Positions 36,843 to 49,090 of a stretch of 64,000 bases of DNA are shown here, piece by piece; position 1 is the stretch's first letter, and each line of letters opens with the position of its first letter. The notes beneath the pieces are model-generated. The model saw only the letters and a program-made list of their open reading frames with translations. It did no database searches and was not told the origin of the DNA. The position numbers were made by a program, and so were the translations under genes. Origin of the DNA: Macrostomum lignano (Eukaryota); assembly GCA_002269645.1 (NCBI GenBank), contig NIVC01002001.1:124001-188000 (forward strand), given 5' to 3'.

Positions 36843-38069
36843 TGTTAGCTAGCTTTTTCAGTTGTCGCAGCTGGCATGCAGTTTGTGAGAGAATTGTGTG
36901 AATATAGGTAGCTAGCTAAAGTTGCTGCTAAAGTTGCTGCTCTGGTTATAAAGGTTTGCTAGTTTGCACTCAGTTTAATCAATTCTCTCAGGCTAGGAGC
37001 TACGGCTGGAATGCAAGGATCGATGAATACGCTATGTACATCAGATGTACAGTCGATTTTTCATCGTTTCGTCTGTCCCTCCCCCCTCACGGCGACTGCG
37101 CCAAGCCCTCTTTGTACGATAACTTAAACAGCCACCTCAGCATGACAGTGTAAGAGTGAACTCTATGATGGTAAAATCAGTAAAGTCAACAAACTTAGCT
37201 CAAAATACGAGTATTTGAGTTCTATTCAATGTCAATTCTATTGATTCATAACTGCATCGACCACCAGTACTCGCAAACTTGCGTGCAAATTTGTAAAAGA
37301 AATGAATAACAAATAAATTATTAAACACACCCATGGCCTCATTCAATATGCAGTCACGGTTGTCAGGCCCCGCGGCCACGAGTGTAAAAGAAACTACGAG
37401 AACTCGAAATGGCACCATTTCTTCGAGTGCGCATTCGGGACTTCGAGAGCTGCAATGGCGCAAGGCTGGTGTGATTCACCACACCCCCGGCTAAAGTTTC
37501 ACGAACTCAATTATAGGCGACTGCTGTTGCAGTTTCCAAGAATAAATTACGATAATCCTCTGCAGGCAATATAGGCAAAAATGGGTCACCAGAAATGACT
37601 CAGAGATATGGCAACACTAGTGGGAGAATCTGTTTGTTCACTACTCTATTGTCAGTTTTATTAGCTTTGATAAACCGGCAAAAAAAGAGCTAAATGAGGA
37701 CCTTAATGCAGAGCCGCGGGATCGGGCCATATGGCGCAGTTAAAATAGCAATTTTGGAGGTACATTCCCATTAGATTAGCAACAAGTCTCAAATTAATAA
37801 ATAGGGCGCCTCCACTGCGCCATCAAACTGCTCACTTACTAAGACTATTAACACGTCTGAAACACGTCCTCCGAAAAAATTGACGCAATGAAACTACTCC
37901 TGATTGCTCTGGTGGCCTGCTTCATCGGCGCCTCGGTCGCTGGTAAGTCCGTGGACAGAATTTGGCTAATAGGTCAAACAATTTTCGTAGGAAGGACCTT
38001 AGAGCTTCTGTAGCAGTGTCCAAAAGATACTTGAAGTAGATTTGAAATTGGCGGTCTTCATCACTGGGA

Positions 38070-38516
38070 ACCTGATCCCTACCTGACTCATCAACCTGAT
38101 CCCTACCTGACTCATCAACCTGATCCCTACCTGACTCATCAACCTGATCCCTACCTGACTCATCAACCTGATCCCTACCTGACTCATCAACCTGATCCCT
38201 ACCCGACTCATCAACCTGATCCCTACCTGACTCATCAACCTGATCCCTACCTGACTCATCAACCTGATCCCTACCTGACTCATCAACCTGATCCCTACCT
38301 GACTCATCAACCTGATCCCTACCTGACTCATCAACCTGATCCCTACCCGACTCATCAACCTGATCCCTACCTGACTCATCAACCTGATCCCTACCTGACT
38401 CATCAACCTGATCCCTACCTGACTCATCAACCTCATTCCTACCTGACTCATCAACCTTATTCCTACCTGACTCATCAACCTGATCCCTACCCGACTCATC
38501 AACCTGATCCCTACCT
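38070..38516. repeat. 24-bp minisatellite (CTCATCAACCTGATCCCTACCTGA) in PLB copy A intron 1
   Basis: Same unit as 45625-46612. Confidence 0.96.
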
Positions 38517-38965
38517 AAGATTTCCTCACCTTAAAGCGCATAGCACGAGCTACGAGCGAATTTCTCATCACCTGACAGACCACCAGCACGAGCGCGACGC
38601 CATCAACTACCTGACCGGCCGTATCCCGGAGCTCCGCTCAAAGCACTCGCCCAGCGGCTCCGCCTGGACTAGCGCCATGTACAAGATCGTCAGGGAGCTG
38701 GACGAGAGCGCCGAGTTCCGCGACATCCTGGCCGCCAAGCCCGAGAAGCTGGAGGCTGAGCCGCTTGCCGACAGCGCACCGTTCAGCTGCCAGCTGGACC
38801 GGTCGCCGAGCCGGCCGACCTCCGCGCACCGACTGCGACCTGGCGACATCGACGTAATCGGCGCCATGGGAGACTCGCTGACCGCCGCTAACGGCGCCCT
38901 GGCCACCAGCATCCTGGACTGCTGACCGAGTACCGCGGCTACGCCTGGAGGTTCGTTGATTATCC

Positions 38966-39181
38966 GACTACCTACCTACCTACCTACCTACCTACCTACC
39001 TACCTACCTACCTACCTACTACCTACCTACCTACCTACCTACCTACCTACCTACCTACCTACCTACCTACCTACCTACCTACCTACCTACCTACCTACCT
39101 ACCTACCTACCTACCTACCTACCTACCTACCTATCTACCTACCTACCTACCTACCTACCTACCTATCTTTCTACCTACCTA
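38966..39181. repeat. (CTAC)n microsatellite in PLB copy A intron 2
   Basis: Direct reading; absent from copy B. Confidence 0.97.
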
Positions 39182-42100
39182 ACTGCCATTTGACATACTT
39201 AACCGCCTCTCTCTGACCCATAGAGTTACACATGACGTGATAATCGATAAAAAGTTTTTTTTCGATAGTAAACTGTAAAAACGTACCCTAAAAAACATTT
39301 TCAGCATTGGCGGTCAGGTCTCACTGAGCAAGCACACCACTATAGCTAGTACGTTAGCAAACAGTTTGGCATGATGTTTAGATTAAATTTGAATAGCTAT
39401 TGAAAATAAGAGAAAAAATCTATTTCACTTGCAGACGTGCTGAGGCACCAGAACTCCAATTTGTACGGCCACTCCACCGGCTCTGGCAAGGTGAGCAGCA
39501 GCAACTCCGTGCTGAACGTTGCCGAGCCCGGCAAGGTCGCTTCGTAAGTTCTTAAATTAATTAACAAGCTACCACTTTTTCTATCGTCTAAACTTGAGCT
39601 GATACTGACTAACTAACGAAGTGACTTCAGTGGTCCTTGATAAATAAACATAGCTACACTTAACAACATAAAAAATTCACCAAATTTTTTTAGCGACATG
39701 CCCGGACAAGCTAAGGAGCTGGTCAGAAGGCTGCAGTCTGACTCTAATGTGAACTTCAACAAGGATTGGAAGCTCATTACCCTGTTCATTGGTGGCAACG
39801 ATGTTTGCGACTACTGCAAGGACAAGGTGAGTGCCAGGTTCGTTAGCGTACGCAGATGGGGGACTTGAACTGCAGCCCCCTCCCAATCGTCCCTATATAA
39901 TTTCACTCCTCCAAGAACAAAATTAAAGATCGGTTAGGCCTACCAAGCTCGATGAATGACACCAGTTCGACTTTTGTCACCTCTTGGATCCGTGGCATCC
40001 ACTGGCCTAAGAATCAGGAGTAGAGGCGCCCACCAGGACGCCAAGTATTGGCATCCCTTAGCGTTGCGGCATCCTGTAATTGAAATGCCTGCGTAGTGCG
40101 AACGCCACCGTACTATAGGTTGTCGAATTGTCGGCGAACAGTAATATTATTTACAGTGCACGATGAGAACTCGTACTTTGAAGTTGAGAACAATTTGTCA
40201 CTTTCAACTAACCAGAACGAGTTTAGCGCAGACAACTACATCAGGTACATTCGCGAGGCACTCGACTATCTGCACGCCAATGTGCCCAGGGCTTTTGTCA
40301 ATGTTGCCGAAGTTCTGGATGTCTCCCTGGTCAAGGATCTGAAGGACGGCAGCTCGATCTGCCGGGTTCTGCAGGGCTCTTTTCTGTGCAAATGCGGCGC
40401 CATGCCGGAGAACGAGGCCGAGGAGCGCGAGATCCAGGCCATCATCGGCGAGTACCAGGCCCGACTCCGTCAGCTGGTCGACTCTGGCCGATACGACACT
40501 CGCGAGGACTTCACCGTGGTGACCCAGCCGTTCTTCAGGAACAGCAAGCCGCCAAAGATCAACGTGAGTACCTGTTGTTTTATTGGAAGCGAATGATAAA
40601 CTACGCTCAGGATGTGCTGAGGGTCAGCGGTATGCGGAATCGACATAGTTGCCTCACCGCTGCTTGTCTTAGGATGATGTAGTCGAAGGCGTAGCGCCGG
40701 GTGCTCACAACTCTCCTGCGAATATTTATATAATATTTTTTCCTCCAACAACTACTACTCAACTACATATTTTTATAAAATTGTGCACTCATTGACCTTA
40801 ATGTCAGGAGCCAGACGAAGAAAACCACAAAAAATATCTGCTTGAAAGTCTAGCGAAACCATAGTAAACTGACTTATGACAACGTTCGCAAACAGTAAAA
40901 ACATGTGTTCTTCGCAGCTCAAAATTTAAATTGCTTGAAACCAAATTTTCCCAATTCAGGGCAAGTACGACCAGTCCTACTTCGCTCCCGACTGCTTCCA
41001 CTTCAGCCGGAAGGGTCACGATGAGAGCGCCAAGGCTCTGTGGAACAACATGGTGAGTTATTTGTGCTCCTTAGGAAAGCACATGCAGTCACACACTGTG
41101 ATAGAAAATCAGACTATAGCTACCCTTGATACTAAATACCGCGCCAAATTTTCAGATCGAGCCGGTTGGACAGAAGTCGACCTCCTGGACTCCGAATGGC
41201 CCGTTCAAGTGCCCGACAAGTGTAAGTGTAGAAAAATTATGTTAGGGTGCACCTGCGAACGAATTTGTGAGCACGTACAGGTTTCAGGTGTCAGACTGCT
41301 TGCCCCTCACTGCTGGCTAAGGGTATCGTGAAAAGTTCCGGCAAACATTCATACATGCGACATAAACATCGGTTTTAATGTAAAAGTACCCCTTGTTCTG
41401 CGACGTCTAACTGGCTAAAAAAACTGTTTCAAAGTCGTCAGTTCGATTCACAGTTAATGCAAGTTTATATAAATTTTTGACGCTAATTTTTTTTCAGGCC
41501 CGGCCCTACCTGTCGACCAGAAAGAACTAAACCTGTCGATTTCAATGCCGTCGAAAGATTGATTGATTTTTTGCGCGGAAAACAACTGACTTAATCTAGA
41601 TGCGCCAACCGGCATCTTATCGGGAGTATTTTCACTGATTTTGGTCAGCGCAATGTCAAGATATTAAATTAAATATAGAGAGATACTAAATATGTGTTTT
41701 TCAAACTAAAATATTCCGCTTTTGTTTTAAACGTTTTTTTTTATTTTAAAATTTAAAACCGTTTGTATGTTAGTGCGTATTCACAAGAGCGATTAGCGGC
41801 CTGTGACCCAAATTAATTTGCACAATACTAACTGTGAACTTACTTGTTCATTCAAGACTTGCATTCAGAGCGATAAAGACGCTGTCTGTATATCAGTTGC
41901 CAAGCAACCAACAGAAGATCATTCAAAAAGCAAAATCACTGGATGGCAACAATCGATTAAAAAGATGGAACTGTCATGCGAAACTTGCAACCCTACATCC
42001 TGGACTTAAACGTATTAAACGACTTAAACGTATAAAGGTCTTATAAATAGAATCTTACAAATGCTTGCTATTAAAGTAGACTTGAAGAGATTACATAATC

Positions 42101-42439
42101 CATGGCCATGACAACAATTTCTCGGTTCAAGACTGTACTATTCTGTACTTTTTGCGTCAGCCCGTAGTTCTCTCGGTAGGCTGTCGAGTTTTCGCAACTA
42201 GAATCCAGAGTCCTCCTCGCTCTTCAGCCGGGACGGGAGGGCTGATTAAGCGCGCCAGGAATAAGCGCGCACGTGTATTTTTTTGCACACGTCGGAATAA
42301 GCGCGCAGGGAACAAGCGCGCACGGAAAAATGTCGGAATAAGCGCGCAGGGAACAAGCGCGCACGGAAAAATGTTGGAATAGGCGCGCTGCGATATATCA
42401 AAATACTGTAATAAGCGCGCATCGATATTCCTAGGTACT

Positions 42440-42885
42440 GGAAAGAGTCCAGAGCCGGCTGGAGCTGCTGATACGAGACAGGCTGAGAGTCCAGAGCCGG
42501 CTGGAGTTGCTGATACGAGACAGGCTGAGAGTCCAGAGCCGGCTGGAGCTGCTGATACGAGACAGGCTGAGAGTCCAGAGCCTGCTGGAGTTGCTGATAC
42601 GAGACAGGCTGAGAGTCCAGAGCCGGCTGGAGCTGCTGATACGAGACAGGCTGAGAGTCCAGAGCCGGCTGGAGTTGCTGATACGAGACAGGCTGAGAGT
42701 CCAGAGCCGGCTGGAGCTGCTGATACGAGACAGGCTGAGAGTCCAGAGCCGGCTGGAGCTGCTGATACGAGACAGGCTGAGAGTCCAGAGCCGGCTGGAG
42801 CTGCTGATACGAGACAGGCTGAGAGTCCAGAGCCGGCTGGAGCTGCTGATACGAGACAGGCTGAGAGTCCAGAGCCGGCTGGTCG
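42440..42885. repeat. 42-bp tandem repeat inside the MULE, about 11 copies
   Basis: GAGTCCAGAGCCGGCTGGAGCTGCTGATACGAGACAGGCTGA units. Confidence 0.96.
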
Positions 42886-42954
42886 GCTTGCCGTTTTGTT
42901 GCCATCATTTGGTCAGCCATTTTCTCAGACGCGTGAGACACCAGCGTCAGAAAC

Positions 42955-43690
42955 TCAGTTTTCCCGTGCACTGAGAGGCGCTGGACTCCAACGCGGAAAA
43001 TCCAGAAGCTTTCTAAATACATGTAAATTCTTCCTATTCAGCAAAACATACAGCGTCGGCCAAAAGCTGTCGTTTTTTATAAAACCAATTGTGACAAGCT
43101 GATAAAAAATTCTCGGCACGGTTTTAAAAGTGCCATCAATGCCCCACGTGTCTGCTTGCTTGAGGCGTGGCAGTAGGTCAGGATGTCCAAAAAAAATTGC
43201 AACTCCGCCATCTGCAGACGTAACAGAACCCTGCAAAACACACACGTCGCCGCAGTGCCGGAATCTCTCTGGTGCATCCATAATGGCGTGACAGGCAGCA
43301 CCGGCGTCAGCCGGCAGAGGAGGCAGAATTCGGCGGCGCTGTTTATACAGGGTCGACTCTATCTCTGCAAAGCCGATGGATGCTGCACCTTGACGATCTA
43401 GCAGTCTCGACATCAAAAATGTCTCGAAGAGTGGCACTCGAATCTTCAGCTCTTCTTTTAAGTCTACTCTTTAAGTACAGAAGCTCCAGACGCTGTCCCT
43501 CTGCTTCGTGATTGTGGACTGATGTCACACTCAGGCTACCGTCTTGATGCTGCAGTAGGCGACCAGGACAGTGTTTGTCGCAGCAGCGGAAACCGACTTT
43601 GCTTCTATCTCTGCCACTGTCTTTTCGATAGACGAATTCGTCCTTTACAAAAATTTTTGAACCGCGACGGTTTCCTTCTATGCACTCCAT
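42955..43690 (-). pseudogene. Frameshifted, internally deleted FLYWCH-MULE transposase
   Basis: FVKDEFVYRKD..FRCCDKHCPGRL..HNH, a 1-nt frameshift near 43395, then YKQRRRILPPLP..DGTFKTVP; it stops before the rest of the DDE domain. Confidence 0.88.
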
Positions 43691-45553
43691 AGCTAGAAGT
43701 AAATCTGAATAATTTGATCGCAGTGTAATCGGCTTTTAAACGCCGCAATTGAAAGTGTAAGTCAAATCAGGCCCACAACCTGATTTGCACGCTCCATGCG
43801 CTGGGCACTGTACATTGCACCCCTCTCCCCTGCAGCCAATCAGAAGCCGAGAGAGCCAACTGTGGCCAGTCAGTCAAATATTGAGCCTAAAGGCCCATCC
43901 CCATGCCCTTTGAAAATTTCAGGCCCCTGCAGTCAGTCAGTTAAAATCATCATTTGCGCGCTTAATCCCGTCAGTACAAAAGCAGCTGCGCGCTCATTCC
44001 GAAAGCGGGTAAAATTTTGGCGCGCTTGTTCCAAGTCTTGGGAAAACTCGTGCGCGCTTCTTTCTGTATCGATCAAAAATACTGCGCGCTTATTCCGGTC
44101 TGTGGAAGGTTAACTGCGCGCTTATTCAGGTTTTGGTCCGTTCTCCTGCGCGCTTATTCTGAACCATGTAAAATATGTGCGAAAATGCGCGCTTGTTCCT
44201 GGCGCGCTTAATCTAGCTACCCGCCGGGACAGTCCGCTGCCAGCTGTTCGTGTTCGACAAGTGCAGCAAGTCCGTGAGGGACTGCGGCTGCTCCAGGAGA
44301 GGCCGGGTGTTCTTGAAGCGCTGTGTCTGTCTGGCTACGAAGACGACCTCGAGAAAGCTGGTCAGTGCAGTGACAGAAGTTGCAAGTCAGAGAGCGGTTT
44401 GGTGATCATGGCGGACGCGTGACGCGGACCCCGGGCAGTGGGGATCCAAGCGGAGGCTGAAGCTGGGCATCGTAAATGTCGACTCCAGGCTGTGGGATGG
44501 CGGCGAGTCCAACAACGCGGCAGGTGGCACCGAGAACGCTATTTTTGCCTGTACTGCCTTGGGAGACGCGGAGCTGTCCAGAATCCACCACAGAGTCGGT
44601 CTGTGCGAGTGCTGGTTGCCCTTTGACTGATAGTGAGGGGGAAGTTCGTCCTGCCCTGTGCGCCGATCCTTTGACAGAACGCCTCTCTCTCTACGCTCAG
44701 CGTCCAAGACTTAACGAACTGCAAAATAAAGAAGCATGCTTGGCCCACGGTATAAGCGGTTTAAACAAGCCCCATCAAAGTTTTGTTTTTCAAATGGAAA
44801 CCTTTAGTTTAGAACGAGTCACGAACTTGGAATTCCGTCAAAAATTGATGGTAAATGGTCCCTTTTCAATCATAACAGCGTCTTCGCACTAATCTAGGTG
44901 TGCGGCCTTCTCTTCAGCTAAAAGTGAAACCCAAAAAGACTTCATATTTGTGTACAGCTTGGCCATAGACAAAGCATCTAAACGAGCCTAAGACCTTTAT
45001 CACCATAATTCGCAAGTTTACCGTCCAGAGAGATGAAAAAGTCCTTGAGGTCATCTCTGTTTGTTTAAAGATCGATAAATCAATAAAATCAATAAATTAT
45101 AAAACGAGAGAGGCTGTTATAACAAAATTTCAAACTCCAAGTGTATCTTTTTTACCGAGTTGATTTTAAATACTGATTTAATTGGATGAGGCGTTTTTGC
45201 AACTTGGATAACTTCTAAGAAAAATGACAATAGAATCGTAAATTCGGAACATTAACTGATAAAACAGCTGCTGAGCTAATTTAAAGACACCTACCCGGGC
45301 CTACTCAGAAAACGGCAGGTGTGTTTTCAGGGGTTTTAATAATTTCGTAACTACTAGCTGACTATATTTTATTGCCTAACATGATAAGCACTAATTAAAC
45401 AATGAGAGCCGGTCACCTGCTGTTGGGAGTCCATATCAATTTAGCTACCAACTAGGACAAACAATAAAAGCAAATCCATTAAATTGGCTCGGTCAGTTAA
45501 TTAGATTTTTGTTTATTTCAAGTTACAATCGAATACAAGCAGACAAAACCAAC

Positions 45554-48500
45554 ATGAAAGTGCTGATCATAGCAATTATCGCCTGTTTAGTGAATGCTTC
45601 GCTTGCTGGTGAGTTACTCAATACCCGACTCATCTACCTGATCCCTACCTGACTCATCTACCTGATCCCTACCTGACTCATCTACCTGATGCATACCTGA
45701 CTCATCAACCTGATCCCTACCTGACTCATCAACCTCATTCCTACCCGACTCATCTACCTGATCCCTACCTGACTCATCAACCTGATCCCTATCTGACTCA
45801 TCAACCTGATCCCTACCCGACTCATCAACCTGATCCCTACCTGACTCATCAACCTGATCCCTATCTGACTCATCAACCTGATCCCTACCCGACTCATCAA
45901 CCTCATTCCTACCTGACTCATCAACCTGATCCCTACCTGACTCATCAACCTGATCCCTACCTGACTCATCAACCTGATCCCTACCTGATTCATCAACCTG
46001 ATCCCTACCTGACTCATCAACCTGATCCCTACCTGATTCATCAACCTGATCCCTACCCGACTCATCAACCTCATCCCTACCTGACTCATCAACCTGATCC
46101 CTACCTGACTCATCAACCTGATGCCTACCTGACTCATCAACCTGATCCCTACCTGATTCATCAACCTGATCCCTACCTGACTCATCAACCTGATCCCTAC
46201 CTGACTCATCAACCTGATCCCTACCTGACTCATCAACCTGATCCCTACCTGACTCATCAACCTGATCCCTACCCGACTCATCAACCTGATCCCTACCTGA
46301 CTCATCAACCTGATCCCTACCTGACTCATCAACCTGATCCCTACCTGACTCATCAACCTGATCCCTACCTGACTCATCAACCTGATCCCTACCTGACTCA
46401 TCAACCTGATCCCTACCTGACTCATCAACCTGATCCCTACCTGACGCATCAACCTGATCCCTACCTGACTCATCAACCTGATCCCTACCTGACTCATCAA
46501 CCTGATCCCTACCTGACTCATCAACCTGATCCCTACCTGACTCATCAACCTGATCCCTACCTGACTCATCAACCTGATCCCTACCTGACTCATCAACCTC
46601 ATTCCTACCTGACAGACCACCAGCACGAGCGCGACGCCATCAATTACCTGACCGGCCGTATCCCGGAGCTCCGCTCAAAGCACTCGCCCAGCGGCTCCGC
46701 CTGGACTAGCGCCATGTACAAGATCGTCAGGGAGCTGGACGAGAGCGCCGAGTTCCGCGACATCCTGGCCGCCAAGCCCGAGAAGCTGGAGGCTGAGCCG
46801 CTTGCCGACAGCGCGCCGTTCAGCTGCCAGCTGGACCGGTCGCCGAGCCGGCCGACCTCCGCGCACCGACTGCGACCTGGCGACATCGACGTCATCGGCG
46901 CCATGGGAGACTCGCTGACCGCCGCCAACGGCGCCCTGGCCACCAGCATCCTGGGACTGCTGACCGAGTACCGCGGCTACGCCTGGAGGTTCGTTGATTA
47001 TCCTTCTAATCCACTTTCTGACCCTGCATGCACTTGACCCATTTAACCATTTGACCTACCTACGAGTATATGAAATTTGTACATCTGTGGTGTAATTTGG
47101 ATAGTTAGTCTGATGGCAGTTAGGAACAAGTTACCAGTATTTACAGAACAAATGACATTGCTAAGGCGGTGAATTTAAACTTCCGTGTTCTCCCCCATCA
47201 GTGCCAGCCAACATGCCTTACAAATATAGAAAATCAGAGACGCTGGAACGCCACTATGTCCATGCGGTTTTTCCTTACATGTAGCCTTGCGCATTAACAT
47301 CGAATGCACATAGCACTAAAACCTTTTTTTAGCATCGGTGGGCAGGTCTCGCTCAGTCAGCACACCACTCTTGCTAGTAAGCTAATCCTTCATTCTACTT
47401 GTTTGATGCTACGAGTGTTCAGTAGAACGACCTGTGCATAGCCAAAGTCCTCATTTGTTTTCAGACGTGCTGAGGCAGAACAATAACAACCTGTACGGCC
47501 ACTCCACTGGTTCCGGTTCCGTTCACAACCGCAACTCGGTGCTCAATGTGGCCGTGCCAGGCAACGTTGCTTCGTGAGTGACGCTCAAGTTCGGTGTTTT
47601 ATATTCACTGAAACTTCTCTAAATGTTCAAATTATTTGATGGCAACTTGAAAACATTGCAGCCACATGCCCGGCCAGGCTAAACTGCTGGTCAGCAAGCT
47701 GCAGTCTGACCCAAATGTGAACTTCAACAACGATTGGAAGCTCATCACCCTGTTCATTGGTGGCAACGATGTGTGCAACTACTGCAAAGACAAGGCAAGA
47801 GAAATATACATTCTTTGGGTTGGTTCATGCTGTCTCCAACTGATTGATTGTAACCTGACTGCACATTCTGTAATATCTAATGAGCAGAAACTCACTCATC
47901 GAACATTTCAGAGGGAGTTCAGCGCTGACAACTACATCAAGCACATCCGCGAAGCTCTTGATTATCTACACGCCAATGTGCCCAAAGCTTTCGTTAATGT
48001 TGCTGAACTTCTGGATGTCTCCCTGGTCAAGGAGCTCAAGGACGGCAGCTCGATTTGCAACGTGCTTCAGGGCTCCCTGCTGTGCAGGTGTGGCGCCTTC
48101 CCGGAGAACGAGGCGGAGGAGCGCGAGGTCAAGACCATCATCGGCGAGTACCAGACCAGACTTAGTCAGCTGATCGAATCTGGCCGATACGACACTCGCG
48201 AGGACTTCACCGTGGTGAACCAGCCGTTCTTCAAAAACAGCAAGCCGCCGAGGATCAACGTGATTACCTGTTGTTTTAGTAGGCTAGTCTTTGTTCGAAA
48301 GTATTCTACATCATAAACAAATCCCCCCTCTATCTGCAGGGCAAGTACGACCAGTCCTACTTCGCTCCTGACTGCTTCCACTTCAGCCGGAAGGGTCACG
48401 ATGAGAGCGCCAAGGCTCTGTGGAACAACATGGTGAATTTTTAAGTGCAACTTAAAAAATTGCAGACATACGACTTGAGCATAAGCAACATCAAACGACG

Positions 48501-48686
48501 CTCTTTTCAGATTGAACCGGTTGGCCAAAAGTCAACCTCCTGGACTCCTGGTGGACCATTCAAGTGCCCGACTAGTGTAAGTTATTAAGATTGCTGTTGT
48601 CCACTTTCAATCAACTTTATGGCTATTCTCAGATCTGCCTTCTCTTGTCACAGGCCCGGCCATACCTGTCCACTAGGAAGAACTGA
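45554..48686 (+). CDS. PLB1: Phospholipase B1-like secreted SGNH/GDSL lipase copy B, 417 aa, 9 exons
   Basis: Exons 45554-45608, 46616-46988, 47333-47376, 47465-47573, 47662-47794 (GC donor), 47912-48259, 48340-48432, 48511-48576 and 48654-48686 total 1254 nt. Signal peptide [18 protein letters not shown]; [15 protein letters not shown] and PDCFHF catalytic blocks. Confidence 0.93.
45625..46612. repeat. 24-bp minisatellite filling PLB copy B intron 1
   Basis: About 40 copies running up to the acceptor CTACCTGACAG. Confidence 0.96.
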
Positions 48687-49090
48687 TGCTGCCTAATTAA
48701 CTTCTTTGGCGCTTGACTGAAGACTTCTGTCAGACTCACTCATGCACTGAGCTTTGTTTGGTCTATCAAACTACAACATATATGTCCCAAAAGAAACCAA
48801 TGTTAAAGATTTTTACGCAGTAAAAATGATTAAAAATTTTGAAGAAAGAAAGTTTTTTCCTTGAGTTTGCCTCAGCTCAGAAAATTTGATTGATACAAAT
48901 ATAAAAAAGCAGGGATACCTCACTGCACAGATAACAACACTGAATAGACCACTTGTTACGAGTATCTAAAAAATCAAATATACGAGATTTTACTAAGAAA
49001 ACAAAAATGCTGTGCAAGTTGTTACCAAAAACACAAACATGCATTAAAAATTGAATCATATAATATTACCTTAGAATTTCTACATTGAAA

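Larger units (their letters stand above)
37888..41530 (+). pseudogene. PLB1: Phospholipase B1-like SGNH lipase copy A, with a 1-bp deletion in exon 2 (pseudogene or sequence error)
   Basis: Exons 37888-37942, 38579-38950, 39305-39348, 39435-39543, 39694-39826, 40216-40563, 40960-41052, 41156-41221, 41498-41530. Exon 2 is 372 nt versus 373 in copy B (ATCCTGGACTG vs ATCCTGGGACTG at ~38915), giving TGA just after the GDSL motif. Confidence 0.8.
42235..44222 (-). mobile_element. Mutator-like (MULE) DNA transposon, 1988 bp, defective
   Basis: 8-bp TSD GCCGGGAC (42227-42234 and 44223-44230). TIR GGG..GCT(A)GATTAAGCGCGCCAGGAA. Subterminal GGAA(T/C)AAGCGCGCA repeats are inverted at the two ends. FLYWCH-like ORF 43690-43343 is followed, after a frameshift, by a MULE domain (WGIDGTFKTVPRIFYQLVTI). 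Confidence 0.92.

Noticed and set aside
44231-44700. GC-rich MULE target region as a HECT-like or other gene fragment (VQQVREGLRLLQERPGVLEAL)
   Set aside because: The similarity is a short impression only; no consistent frame or splice structure.
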